DNA of 49,661 nt from Squatina squatina (Eukaryota). The DNA lies in contig JARFOE010000192.1 of the NCBI GenBank assembly GCA_031763465.1, positions 5,666,041-5,715,701 of the forward strand, in the 5' to 3' direction. Under the pieces are notes generated by a model. That model ran no database searches and had not been told where the DNA came from. It was given only the letters and a program-made list of their open reading frames with translations. Shown piece after piece: positions 1-12,767 of this stretch (the stretch's first letter is position 1; every line of letters begins with the position of its first letter). The position numbers and the translations under genes are program-made.

Positions 1-937
1 AACAACTGATGTCAGGCTAACTGGCCTGTAGTTTTCTCTCTCCCTTCTTTTTTGATTCGTGATGTTACATTTGCTACCTTCCAATCCACTGGGACGATTC
101 TAGAATCTAGGCATTTTTGGAAGATCACAACCAATGCATCCACTATCTCTGCAACCACCTCTTTTAGAACCCTCGGATATAGGTAATCCAGGGGATTTTT
201 CAGCTTTTAGTCCATTATTTTCTCCAGTACTTTTTTCTCTACTGGCATTAATTACTTTAAGTTCCTCACACTTATTAGCCCCTTGGTTCCCACTATTTTG
301 GGTATGTTTTTTGTGTCTTCTTCTGTGAAGACAGATGCAAAATATTTGTTTAATGTTTCTGCCATTTCCTTATTCCCCACCATACTTTCTTCTATCTCAG
401 CCTATAAGGGACCCACATTTACTTCTGCTAATCACTTCCTTTTTATATACCTATAGAAGCTTTTACACTCTGTTTTTATGTCTCTTGATAGTTTACTCAC
501 ATTCTATTTTCTCTCTCATGATAAATTTCTTGGTTCCGCCTTTGCTGAATTCTCAAATTCTCAAATCCTTCCAATCCTCAGGCTTCCTACACTTTTTGGC
601 AACATTATAAGCCTTCTCCTTTAATCTAATGCTATATTTAGCTTCTCTTGTTAGACATGGTTGGACCATTTTTCCTGTGGGGTTTTTATTCCTTAAGAAA
701 ATATATATTTGTTGTGAATTATGAATTATTTCTTTAAACGTTTGTCTTTGCTTATCATATCCGTTAATTTAGTTTCCCAGCCTATCTTAGCCAACTCACC
801 TCTTATAACTACCAAGTTGGCTTTATTCAGGTTTAAGACCCCAGTTTTTGACTTAGAATTTTACATTGAGTTTGAGAGTAATTTTATCATATTATGGTTA
901 CTGTACCCAGAGGCTCCTTCACTACAAGGCAATTAAT
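1..937 (-). mobile_element. CR1-clade LINE ORF2 fragment (RT N-terminal/linker region), decayed
   Basis: Reverse complement of 1-33 encodes NYRPVSLTSVV, the typical CR1 pre-RT motif; frames are broken by stops and indels. Confidence 0.85.
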
Positions 938-1067
938 TAGTCTTGATACAAAAGCAAAATACTGCAGATGCTGGAAATTTGAAATGAATACTCAGCAGGT
1001 CAGGCAGCATCTGAGGAGAGAGAAACAGAGTTAACGTTTCAGATCAATGACCTTTCGTCAGAACTGA
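938..1067 (-). mobile_element. Penelope-like element pLTR/3' fragment inserted in CR1
   Basis: Minus strand reads cagttctgacgaaaggtcattgatctgaaacgttaactctg...gatgctgcctgacctgctgagt; homologous to 26927-27050; flanked by AATTAAT at 931-937 and 1068-1074 (putative TSD). Confidence 0.75.
1029..1065 (-). ncRNA. Minimal type I hammerhead ribozyme motif (Penelope pLTR)
   Basis: AGUU-CUGACGA-(A)AGGUC-AUU-GAUCU-GAAA-CG-UU-AACU: intact core boxes, helix II, 4-bp helix I and palindromic AACGUU helix III region. Confidence 0.65.
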
Positions 1068-1690
1068 AATTAATGAACCCTGTCTCATTGTACATTACTA
1101 GATCTAAAATAGCCTGTTCCCTAGCTGGTTCCTCAATATACTGATCTAGAGAAAATGCATTGAATGCATTCCATGATCTCATCTTCTGTTCGACTATTGC
1201 AAATTTGGCTTGCTCGGTCTATATGAAAATTATGGTCCCCCCATGATTACTGTAGTACCCTTGTTACATGCACCTCTAATTTCCTGGTATAAACTGTCCA
1301 ATGCGACAAATGCTGTTGGGGGACCTATAAACTACTCTCACCAGCCTTTTCTGACCTTGTTGTTTCTTAGCTCCACCCAAAGTGATTCAACATTTTGCTT
1401 TTCCATGCTAAGATCCTTTCTCTCTACTGTCTTTATCCCATTCCTTATTATCAGGGCTACCCACCTCCTTCCATTTTCATTCTGCCTGTCTCTTCTAAAA
1501 GTCAAGTATTCTGAAATATTTAGTTCCTAACCTTGGTCACTCTGAAACCACATCTCCATGATGGCTATTAAACTAAACCCATTTACTTCTATTTGTGCTA
1601 TGAATTTGTCTATTTTGTTGTGAATGCTTTGCCCATTCAGATATAGTGCCTTTATCTTTTAACTTATTTTCTATTTTTTCCTGTTGACAC
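1068..1690 (-). mobile_element. CR1-clade LINE endonuclease region (continuation of 1-937)
   Basis: Minus strand gives decayed APE motifs such as VVYRSPN and TVIMGDHNFHID. Confidence 0.8.
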
Positions 1691-1803
1691 CTTGGTTGCT
1701 GATNNNNNNNNNNNNNNNNNNNNNNNNNNNNNNNNNNNNNNNNNNNNNNNNNNNNNNNNNNNNNNNNNNNNNNNNNNNNNNNNNNNNNNNNNNNNNNNNN
1801 NNN

Positions 1804-2027
1804 AGTTCTCCTGCAGTCCTGGAAAATATTTATGCCTCAACCACCATCACTAAAACCAAATTATCTGGTCATTTATATCACTGCTGTTTGTAGAACCTTA
1901 CTGTGCGCAAACTGGTTGTTGTGTTTCCCTACAGTATGACAGTGACTACACTTCAAAAATACTTCATCGACTGTGAAGCGTTTTGGGATGTTCTGAGATT
2001 GTGAAAAGCGCTATATAAATACAAGTG
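1804..2027 (+). mobile_element. Deu-SINE (SacSINE1-like), 3' part
   Basis: gttctcctgcagtcctggaaaatatttatgcctcaacc...gtgactacacttcaaaa...aagcgctatataaatacaagt; homologous to the near-complete copy at 47804-48209. Confidence 0.8.
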
Positions 2028-2029
2028 TT

Positions 2030-2535
2030 TAGAAATTTGTTGACGACACACCCATGTTACAGATGTAAAACAGGTGCTTAAGCATCCAATATAGCAGGTG
2101 ATGTGTGAGTGCACATTCTGGTAACGGCATCAGGGCCCACCTGAAACAGGCATTTGGCTCTGTGCACATGCAAATGGATGGCCTAATACTGTTACGGGAC
2201 ATTTAAATCGCTAAGTCTCCTGGGCTGCTGGAGGCAGCACTCGGGGGAGGAACGATTCCGGGAAAAACCCGGTCATTCGGGGAGGATTCGATGGGCTGCC
2301 ATCATGCTTACCAGAATATGGAACCGGGAGGAGCAGGGGACTGTATAGCATTTCCTCATTCGGCCCCCTTCCGATTGCCTCCCATCTAATCACCACCAAC
2401 CCCCACACCCCCACACAATCACTTTAAATTATACCCAGTGCCCAATATTGAGTGTGCCTTTGGCCTACCCATGCCAGCACTGGGATCATTCCCTGCACTA
2501 AGTTTATGCCGGTAGGTTATTCAATTTCACCCCCA
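2030..2535. mobile_element. Probable non-autonomous DNA transposon (MITE-like) remnant
   Basis: GC-richer block starting agaaatt and ending aatttcaccccc, an end motif shared with 40560-40770. Confidence 0.4.
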
Positions 2536-2547
2536 AGATCTCTTTCA

Positions 2548-2715
2548 AAGTCAATTGAAATTTTCAAGACTGAGATTGCTAGATTTTTGTTAGGTATGGA
2601 TATCAAGGGATATGAAGCAAAGGAGGGTGAATGCAGATACAGAACAGCCATGATGTAATTGAATGGTGGAACAGTCTCAAGGAGCTGAATGGCCTACTCT
2701 TGTTCCTGTGTTCTT
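2548..2715 (+). mobile_element. CR1 LINE 3' end
   Basis: ttcaagactgagattgctagattttt...aaggagctgaatggcctactcttgttcctgtgttc, the typical shark CR1 3' tail. Confidence 0.8.
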
Positions 2716-3127
2716 TAACTCTATACAAACATTACCAAGCTGAAACTTCAGCTGCTTCAACCAGATTGATTTCTTTCTTAAGATTGCTGTTTGGCTCCCT
2801 CAGTAGTCTTTTTCTCTCACATGGCTCCAAACACAATTCAATCATGAATCAATGATTTCTTCAAAACACCAAAATCACAAGTACTTGCAAGATTCTTCAA
2901 CAATCAATCAATTCATTAGTGTCTCGATTCTTGAATTGACTATATAATATTTACATAGCATTCTTCCATGGCTGGCAAAAAAAGCTGAAAATGTCAGTAC
3001 TTTCTGTTCATCAATTGCCATATATCACAAATAATTGTGTTCTATAAATCAACAGCTTCATCCTTGATCATGGTAAGTAATGTTGGTCTGGACTTTGCGG
3101 TGGTAATGACGGTGAAACTGCCAGTGT

Positions 3128-3473
3128 TCTCATCCTTGTTTTCAAATCCCTCCATGGCCTTGCCCCTCCCAATCTCTGTAATCCCCTCCAGCCCCACAAC
3201 CCCCCGAGGTGTCTGCGCTCCTCTAATTCCACCCTCTTGAGCATCCCTGATTATAATCACTCCACCATTCTGTTACCTAGGCCCTAAGCTCTGGAATTCC
3301 CTGCCAAAACCTTCTGTCTCTCATTCCTCCTTCAAGATGCTCCTTAAAACCTATCTATTTGTTCAAACTTTTGGTCACCTGCCCTAATTTCTCTTTATGT
3401 GGCTTCTGTGAAGCGCCTTGGGACATTTCACTACGTTAAAGATGCTATATAAATACAAGTTATTGTTGTTGTT
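3128..3473 (+). mobile_element. L2-clade LINE 3' end
   Basis: Encodes LILVFKSLHGLAP..., then ctctggaattccct and a tail ending gctatataaatacaagttattgttgttgtt. Confidence 0.8.
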
Positions 3474-4194
3474 CACCGTCATTACCCCTCTGAAAGTGAC
3501 AGCAACTTCTGGAGTCATCGCATGCACAGATAAATGCAGAAATCCAGAAGTGGCTTTCAGTGATTCTACGTTTTTACACAAGGTGTGCCATGGAACTCCC
3601 TGGAGCCCACAATCCATTCAAATCACACTGAAATGTAGTTCCTGATGAAAACTTCCCCTATTATGCCTGAATATCGCTGTTAACCACCCTCCATCCCCTC
3701 AAAACCAATAAGCCTTGTTGAAAGAAGTGTAACTAGGTTTTTAATGGTGTATTGACTGCTGAACAACTGCTCTAGTCCTGAAAAACTAATTTTATATTTG
3801 TTGAATGTCAAATTTTTCCATTAATAGGATAAGAATTACATGGTTTTTAATATAATTTTTTAAAAGAAAGTTTACTTATGATATTTCAGCTTCTATCTTA
3901 ATTCTATGAGTATGTCCCAATCGTTATTTCTCTCTGTAAAATTTATAAAAAGTAAATTATAATCTGTGCATTTTACTTCCTGGTTTGCTATCTGTGAGAA
4001 TTCTTCAGTGTGATTGGCTGCTTAGCCTGATCGATGGCATCACTATTGCTGGGTTCTGGAGATTCGCTTGATTTGGCGCCAGATTCAAACTAATGTCGGG
4101 AGAGGTGAAATTCACACCACAGAGATCGTAAGTGCGCTGTCGCTTCACTACTGAGTGCAAATTCCGGGCCATCATGTCTAACCTGCATCTTCTA

Positions 4195-4790
4195 CAAATA
4201 GATTCCTCCTTTCCCTTTCCTCTTTAAATATTCCTTTACATTTTAATATGCTTATAAAAGCCCTTACTATTTCCTTTTTTAAGTCTGCAAGTCATTTAAA
4301 AACACACTCCCTTTTCACCTATCCAGTACACTCTCTATATTCCTCATGACTCTCTTTAGTATTGTTTACTGCGGTTTCATGCCTCCCTTTTAATTTTCAG
4401 TTCTGTTTTAATCTTTGTATTTATCCATGGAATTCTATTATTTGTGCTTCCTTTTCACCTTACTGGAAATATATTTATTTTGTACTCTACCCATCTCACA
4501 TTTGTTAAGTTTTCTACCGAGTTAATTTGGGACAGTTCCAATTTTATCTGGCTGAACTTTGCCTTTTTCCAGTGCAGTGCCATTATCTGACTCTTCACTC
4601 TTTTTCTATTCCTATATTGAACTTCAAGGTCACTATTTCCCAATTGTTCTTCTACTCTCATATTAGTTATTTGCCCCAGTTTATTTCCCAGGACTAGATC
4701 CAAAAATGTTTCCTTCTTTATTCAGCTAGAAAAATACTAATCTAGAATACAGTCTTGGGTGCATTCTAAAAAAAGTTCCCTATTTTGATC
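4195..4790 (-). mobile_element. CR1 LINE ORF2 endonuclease fragment, decayed
   Basis: ORF 4455-4703: LDLVLGNKLGQITNMRVEEQLGNSD. Confidence 0.75.
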
Positions 4791-4879
4791 ACATGTATTA
4801 CTTTAATTACAATCTATCTTGGGATATTAAAAATTATCCTATATTATTGCCCTGTTGTTCTTGCACATCTACATACTGT

Positions 4880-5160
4880 CACCTCCACAGACTTTCAAGG
4901 ATCCATCCTTTACCCTCTGCTCTTTCTCATCCAAATGTTGCTCCTGACATCTGCAGACGTAGGGCCAATTCCCACATGTCTTCTGGTGACGTGCAGTTCT
5001 ACTGCTCCACCAATTCTCTCAACTGTCTCCTTGCTGTTAAACTGCTTGTGCAACATCCAGTTTTGGATGAGTTTGCATTTCATCCATGTCAACATTAGGA
5101 AAATGGTAGCCTTTCTCTCTAGCTCCTGTTACAAACTCCACTCCCTTACCTTGCGTTGCC
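4880..5160 (+). mobile_element. L2-clade LINE RT fragment, decayed
   Basis: FQGSILYPLLFLIQM resembles the PQGSILGPLLF RT motif, followed by NCLCNIQFWMSLHF. Confidence 0.65.
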
Positions 5161-5964
5161 AACACTGGTTGGGTGTATTCNNNNNNNNNNNNNNNNNNNN
5201 NNNNNNNNNNNNNNNNNNNNNNNNNNNNNNNNNNNNNNNNNNNNNNNNNNNNNNNNNNNNNNNNNNNNNNNNNNNNNNNNCCACCGCTTGCCTGAAACCC
5301 GCTGAGGGTAAAAACCGACCCTCTCATTTCCCAATTAACATTGGGGCTTTTACATGCTTTACACCACCTGGACTTTATTACTTTGGGTACAAGAGATCCT
5401 GTCTTATTTGGGGTTGTATGAGCAGTTGTCAGTTCTGTGCTTGACCCTGAACACAATTCAAAACCACAAACATACGCATAAAATGTATGTAGAACTCTAA
5501 ACCATCCTTATATTATACTTCTCTGTGTTACAATACAGAAATCATTCCTATCATTAGAGTCTCCCAGCCATCTCTCTTTCCCCGTCTCAGTAATTTCAGA
5601 TAAGTATGCCTCTATTAGGGTATGCCTGGAGCACATCAGTGGAAGTCTGGTGGCATGAACCAGACTGCATTAACATTAGCACTGTGCACCATTGGCACAT
5701 GTCCAATTGCGTAGGATCATTAAGTGTGATCCATGCCTGGAGGGTAAATCACTGGTGACAATTTCCTTGCAATGCATTCCCTCAGCAACTTGTTAATCTT
5801 TATTTCCAGATATTCAAAAGGTTGAGCTAATCAGTCTCCTCCTGGATTCAGACTGACTGTCACCNNNNNNNNNNNNNNNNNNNNNNNNNNNNNNNNNNNN
5901 NNNNNNNNNNNNNNNNNNNNNNNNNNNNNNNNNNNNNNNNNNNNNNNNNNNNNNNNNNNNNNNN

Positions 5965-6190
5965 ACTCGACCACAGGTGAGGCAGATGGCGTTTGCTGGG
6001 GCGAGTGGATGGGATGCTCGGTTTTCCGCGCGCTCCTTCTTCTGCTTGTGCATGGCCTCCACGTGCTCCCGCCGGAGAAGCTCGGAGCGACTGGCACCTT
6101 CGCGGATGCTTCTCCTCCAGTTTGTCTTGGGCCAGGGATTCCCAAAGTAATGCGCACCTGACCTGGCAGCGCTTGATGTTGACCATGAGA
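5965..6190 (-). mobile_element. RTE-clade LINE 3' ORF end
   Basis: WESLAQD... and HPLAPANAICLTCGR, the start of the C-terminal C2H2-like finger of RTE elements. Confidence 0.75.
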
Positions 6191-7459
6191 GGAAAAACGT
6201 ATCATACGACAGGACTGATGTCTGTCATCTTGATGAATGAGCACAAAGTGAAAATTAACTTAAAAGAAACCAATCCTATCCTGAGCAATAAACATGTGAT
6301 ATGGTATTCTTGTGTAAACTGGTGAGAAACATATACCATAAAACGTAAGTCATCCCTTTGTGTTTTATTGAAAATTTCCAATATCCATTTCTATCATTGT
6401 TATCTTGTCTGTGATATGTAACGTTTACCGAAAAATATCAGGAAATATAGCTTAACAGTTGCGTTGAAAGGTAACCTTATAGAAGAATCTCTTACTCGGG
6501 TTTTATCGATGTATAAATGATTTCTGTATCCAAGCTAGGCTCACAAATAGACAAAAGGTTGTAATTCATTGGCCAGATCTTACAGTAACATAAATTAGTC
6601 ATAAGCCATATGAGTATAATAATCAATCAGGCACCGCATTTAAATAAGAAAGGTAATGAATAAAGATTTACGAGGTTGCTGTGAAATTTAGCACAGCAAG
6701 AACCATTAAAGCTTTCAATAAAAATGTAAGCTAAACCACTTTATGATGAAGAATAAAAGATTTGGCAGCTGGCTGTTGCCATTTAAATATATAAACATGT
6801 TTATTTGCATGCAATAAAATGTTACTTTCTAATTTAAATTAAGTCGTTGCTTATAACAGGCTTTTAGATAAACATGTTATAATGTAATTTTTCATCTTCA
6901 AATTTATATACTTACTGTTCCTGTGACTACTGCCAAAAACCAGTAGGCACTGATAAAGTTCATGTTGAGCTCTGAAGTACTGTGGAACACAAACAGAATA
7001 TTCACTTTAGGGGTAAAATGTTGCAGAGTTTGGTAGTAGACTGGTGGGAAGGGCACTACAAGGATAAATCTGTCAATCTTCTAAAACATGGGGCATGCAG
7101 GATATGTGCGTACATTGATATAGCACTGAGAAAGAAAGAAAATTGCTTCATATGGGTCATCAAGAAAATTAAAAGTGAGGTTAACAAAATTTGCATTGAG
7201 AAGGGCTGACCATACTGATATACAGAAGCAGACTGAACGATTCAGGATGCCAAGATAGAACTAGAAAGGTATATAACAAAGCACAAAATAATTTTTAAAA
7301 ATTCCTCCAGTACTATACCAACCAAGTGGCAAGAAGGAAGTCACAACTTTAATGGAACAATATGGAGATGAGAATGAATAGGATAACAGTGAGCATGACA
7401 AATTACATATTGGAGGTTTCTACCAAAGAAAATAACAATATACTCCTCCAATACAGATT

Positions 7460-8162
7460 AGGCCCAATTCTGCTCTGAGTGGCAAACGAACGGCAACAGT
7501 CATTCATCTTTTGCACAGCAAGTTCTTGTCAGCCAACCATTTTAAAAAGCGCAGCATCCTCTGTCTGAGACCTATGTGAATAGGGCAAGCACCTGCGTAT
7601 TTCCTAGTAATTAGATTAAAGAATCATTAATGAGCAGTGCAGGTTGACCAGCAAGTGCAAGTTGGAATGTTGAATTCATTGTTAAATCAGGCACAGAAAG
7701 CAAAATAAAGGGAGGGAAAGATAGATTAGATTGAGAGAGAAAAGAAAAAAGAAAAAAAGTAAATTAAATTATATTTTTTCTAAATCCCAAATAATTAAAA
7801 GCTGGATTGAGACTCCACACTTGCTAAAGTTAATTTTCAGTGCCAGTGAGGTTGTTTGATATTAAGAGTTACCACGCTGTTAAAAGGATACTTAGACAGA
7901 AATGGACAAACCCTAACTTTTTTTGGCAAGTTTAGTTTATCCATGAGACAAATACAGCAACTTCATGCCGTTCAATGTATTTGAATGGGGAGTCAGATGC
8001 TCTTTTCGGGAAGCTTTGAGGAGCATGGCAACTCGGACAGCAACCTCCTGATTTCTACATATAACTGTGCATGCGTGGTCGCTGGAAGTTGCTGTCTAAT
8101 TTGTACATAAATAACAGTGAGCACAGTTAGCCTCACCATTATTTTTACAGCAAGATATGGCA
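7460..8162 (-). mobile_element. Non-autonomous DNA-transposon-like repeat
   Basis: Reverse complement of 8020-8162 aligns with 32499-32650 (ggtgaggctaac..gctcac, gacagcaacttc, catgcacagtta). Confidence 0.6.
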
Positions 8163-8279
8163 TACTGTATTTTTCTTCTCCTTCTTCACACACCTCAGAA
8201 TACGGCTATTTCTTTTTGTGCAGTTTCTGTTGGCTACAGAAGAACACAAATACCTTGGCTATGTCCAGATCCCAAAAGT

Positions 8280-9180
8280 GAGGAGAACGTCTTCAATGTG
8301 AGGTGTATGCCATGCACACCTTCAAAGTAACCTTGGGGAAGGCAGAGGTGAAGATAAAATATTGTGATACTTTTATGTGTTGAGATTATGTCTCTCACTC
8401 AAGAAGTAGGTCAAAGACATATCCTATCTGATTGACTTTGGCGACTTCCTGACCAAATCTACAGGTTAAGTCATTACCCCGACTGAAACATCAGGATCAT
8501 TTACCACCTTGCCTCGATCAACAGATTTGCTGTGCTTTGAGCTGGAGGATATCTCGTGTAGTGGCATCAGCTCTAAGACAAACAAACTAGGCAGCTCATT
8601 TCATTCACCAGGAAAAGGTAAAGCATTACAGATGAGAGCTGTAAAAAAAAGGCCAGAGCAAAGGCTAAGCCACAGAAACCGACAAGACAGTGCACACTCC
8701 TCATTGGTGACTTCATAATGAGGTGCACCAATGGTTTTGGTCCCCCACATGGAGAGAGATATATAGGTTTTGGAAAAGCATCAGGACAGCCTCGAGAATA
8801 CCAAGCTTGAAACATTTTAGTTACACAGATAGGCTTATAAAGCGATGACTATTTATAAATCATATAAATAAATAATTTCAATTAGATAGATTCGAAAGGT
8901 ACAGGGGCCATAGACGGAATAATAAGTAATAGAAATTGCCATGAATTTCTATGAATGTGGTGTGCTGGACTAGTTATGTTTGCCTAAGGAAGGGATTTTC
9001 CAGGTTATATTCCTCTCCAAATTGGCTGTGGTTTTTTTTAAATCTCATGTTTTGTCTCGCCTAGGAAATCACATGGTGGGTTATGGGTGTTGGAAATTGT
9101 GATGCTGAGAGCATCATGGTTGTATGGGGCATGCTCGATGAACCAGTTAGTCCTTTCCTGTCCATCATCTTTCGTATGTT
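8280..9180 (+). mobile_element. Internally deleted CR1-like remnant
   Basis: ctcattggtgacttcataatgagg resembles the ORF1 esterase LIGDSIxR motif; then FWSPH..RDI..LEK and a CR1-type 3' tail. Confidence 0.4.
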
Positions 9181-10679
9181 CTTTTGGCTTTGAATATCAT
9201 GAAGGACAGCCTCTGGATAGGTTCAGGGGGTTCAAAATCAATGAATCCCATAGGATGGATAAATTATATGCCAGAGTACTGTAAAAAGAGTGAAGTTGTA
9301 AAATTTCCTCCTGTATTATTTGTCATTTGTTGTGCTTCATTTTGCTATTTATTTGTAAAATTATGCTTATAAAAAACAAAATGGATAAGTAGTTCTTGTC
9401 ACATAAGAAGGAGTTTTTATTTTTTTTAAGTGGATGAAATAATGTAATTAATTATTGAAATAATACCAAATGTGTTTTGTAAGAAAAAACTGGCTTTGAT
9501 ATTGCTGTTAGTAGCAGTTCACAGGTACCTCAGGGATCACCTACTGCTTGCTGTACATTTACTGCCAAGAGGAGAATCTGGGCCAGCCTGCTATAGCCAT
9601 TTATGAAGTACAATTTACAGCACTCCACTTGTCAAGCTGAATGTGGAGACTCTTTTCTAGTTTTCTTCCCTGTACTCCCCTCCTCTTGTGAGAATGCTGA
9701 CCCAAGCTGGGGCTACCATTCCACAGGTCTCTGCAGCCTTCTGATACTGCGCCCTGGGGAATCNNNNNNNNNNNNNNNNNNNNNNNNNNNNNNNNNNNNN
9801 NNNNNNNNNNNNNNNNNNNNNNNNNNNNNNNNNNNNNNNNNNNNNNNNNNNNNNNNNNNNNNNCAGAGCTGCACACACAGTGAGCTGAGATCAATAGCAG
9901 GACTCCCTGTGATGCCATAAATACTGATGAAAACTTGTGCACTGGCCAGAGCAATGAATCCCACTGCATTCACTTGCTTACAGCTGACAAGATCAAGAAT
10001 TCAGAAAGTAATATGTTTGTCATTTCTTTTTTTTGGCTTTTTAGAATCACCAATTCTGCCTTTCAATGTGTGTGGGGTGAGCAGCGGAAGACGCTGCAAN
10101 NNNNNNNNNAAATTCATGGCATCGATATTTCATTTTTACAAGATAAAACACAGAGTTATAACCTCATAAATTCACATTCTAACATGTTGACATTTAATTC
10201 TCCAGCCATACATGTACGGAATGATGAATTCACATCAACAAATCCTTGACATGAGGTACAAAAATTCCTTGTACAAAACACCCAGTTTTACAGTATCTTA
10301 CCTAAACATGAACTCACTGGTTAATTTAAAAGCAACATTGAATTTTGTTGGTAATAGTAAATGTCATTCTTCCAAGTGGTGGCATTTATCCAGGTCCCAC
10401 AATAAACTTAATTTCATCAGAAACATTTCTTGTCTTTTACATAAATAAGGGATTGATCCACCAGATTGCAATATTTAGCAAATGTAATCAACTGTTAAAC
10501 CACTTGTACTTGCTACATCAATGCCAACATTCAGGCAACCATACCACAGAATCTCTGACTACTAAATTATATCCACCAGCTCAATATATGAATCATTCAC
10601 CATAGAATTTGCATTACTCCAAAAGAGTCTTGAGCAGATGGGAGTAAGCATTTGATCCCATGATAGATCATTTTCCTTT

Positions 10680-11092
10680 GGCTTCTCACCTCTGCGCAAC
10701 ACCTGAAGGTGGTAAATACATGTTGACTACAATGCCATAGGTGCTAGATGACCCCTCACACCTCAGCTAAATGATCACTTATGTGTGCCTGGACAATGAG
10801 TGCTGGGAGTTTGCTTGCCCACAAGAGATATCACAGCTCAGCCTGCCTTCCTGTGCTCAGCCAATGATCACATACTCGCAATTCCAGCTGGGCACTCTGA
10901 ATAGCAACTGGGCGTGGGGATTTTGTTCAACTTTCCCCTCCTTAACCCAGCAGTGCTGAGGCCAATTGTGGCACTCCCATCACTGCTCCAGCTGAGATCA
11001 CCAACCTGAATACAGGCGAGAGAACACACACTGAACCTCCCTGGTCCGTATGGCTCAGTTACCCATCCTTAACCAGTTGAATCATCAGCGGG
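10680..11092 (-). mobile_element. tRNA-derived SINE, AmnSINE2-like
   Basis: Minus strand: actgagccatacggaccagggagg...gatctcagctggagcagtgatgggagtgccacaattggcctcagcactgctgggttaaggaggggaaa, recognised from memory of the AmnSINE2-type consensus. Confidence 0.55.
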
Positions 11093-11166
11093 GTAGTAGA
11101 TCTGTTCAAGTGGCCATCAGAAAAGTTCCTGACATGAGCCTCAAGTATTGGTGAGGTATTTAACAT

Positions 11167-11590
11167 GGGCCTGATGCTGGTTTCACCTGCCATTCACGCA
11201 CAGGGCGGGAGCAGCAAAGCAGGAAGAGCAGATTTGGGGCCCACTCCCGGCCGAAGCTGAGCTCTGGGTCTTTCCAAGATGGCGGTGCCCACGCCGGTAA
11301 AATGAAGCGGGAGCACAGGGAACGGGAGGCCGGGCGAGCAGAAGGTCAGGGCCCGTGGTGCAGAGGAGCAGTTAGTGTGTGGCCCAGGGAGCCAGGAGCC
11401 AAGCACCAAGAAGCAGCGGAGTGGGAAGCGAGAGACCTGGGGAGACGGCAACCGGCAGCCGAGGAGCAGGGGAGCGAGGCGAATGAGGCTTGGGGTACCG
11501 GAGTTCAGGGGCACGAGGAGCCAGAGGCCGGGAGACTGGGGATCCAGAAGCCCAGGGAGCCAGAGGATGGAGTAGCTGTGGAGGGGGAAA
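11167..11590 (+). repeat. GC-rich, purine-skewed repeat (probable DNA transposon end with degenerate ggagcc repeats)
   Basis: Starts gggcctga, contains caagatggcgg and repeated (g)ggagcc(a)g units. Confidence 0.4.
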
Positions 11591-11614
11591 GGAGACTATG
11601 TGTTTGTGTATGTG

Positions 11615-11773
11615 TTGGACCATGCCTGGTCGCCAATCATCTCGGATCTCCTTGTCATTGGATCAAGACCTTGCTCGGCCAAGACTGTGTGGTAGCCCGT
11701 GTGCAACAGCCACCCCACATTAAAAAAATCCACGCACAGGCATCTTCCACCCTTCAAAATGAAGTTTGGGACC
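11615..11773 (+). mobile_element. RTE LINE 5' UTR and ORF start
   Basis: ...cacgcacaggcatcttccacccttcaaa ATG AAG TTT GGG ACC = MKFGT, the start of the APE motif (normally continuing WNVRTL); truncated by a gap. Confidence 0.65.
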
Positions 11774-12767
11774 NNNNNNNNNNNNNNNNNNNNNNNNNNN
11801 NNNNNNNNNNNNNNNNNNNNNNNNNNNNNNNNNNNNNNNNNNNNNNNNNNNNNNNNNNNNNNNNNNNNNNNNNATTGGTTTGTTACTGCCTTAAATCAGT
11901 CTTGTGACATTTGCCATTTGCCACGAAAAGCTAATTATTGGCAACTTTCATTATACTGTGGTTCTGGGTATTTTGAGAAACTCATGCTCACATTTTATAG
12001 GGTTTGAACCTCTGTCACAAAGAAATTAGGAGCTAAAAGTTGACATTTATAGCATACGTTTGAATTATTTGAAACAAAACAAATTCTGCGACAATGCACA
12101 CTTTTAAATTATATTACTGTCCTGCCACCAAGTGTATGAGAACATGCCAGTGGACAATATCAGTCTTCACCTCTAATAAGTTTCTGATTGTTAGCTGCAT
12201 TACTTTGCTCATACTATTTATATTATGAGCTAAATTAATAGGATTACAGGTGATTTGACAAAGAATTTCTATATTAAGTAATAAAGTAAAGCACCATTGT
12301 ATTGTGTGAAGGAGCACGATTATATTGTATGAAAGGATGTTCCTGTGTAGTCCACAGCAGTATTTGACTCAGCTTTCCCACTTACAGAACAGACATGTTT
12401 ACACATCTAATTGGAAGTTGTTCAACCCTGAGCACCTGAAAGGAACCGAACAACATTCTACTCCTGCAGTAAATGAGCAGGAAAACTGACTCATTCATAT
12501 TTCATAGATTATCTGAAGACACTCACAGAGCTCCTTAGTGAACTGTGTGCTGCTGGTAGGAGAGCATGGCAAGGATTCTTCAACAAGTCAGCGTGAAGCA
12601 GTATCGGCCTAACTAACTTTTAATGGCAAGTGAGATTCATTCATGCAACACTAACCAAGATGGTTGTNNNNNNNNNNNNNNNNNNNNNNNNNNNNNNNNN
12701 NNNNNNNNNNNNNNNNNNNNNNNNNNNNNNNNNNNNNNNNNNNNNNNNNNNNNNNNNNNNNNNNNNN

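Noticed and set aside
11302-11907. 201-aa Glu/Gly/Arg-rich ORF
   Set aside because: It crosses a purine-skewed repeat, an RTE 5' end and a gap; open frames are expected in such sequence.
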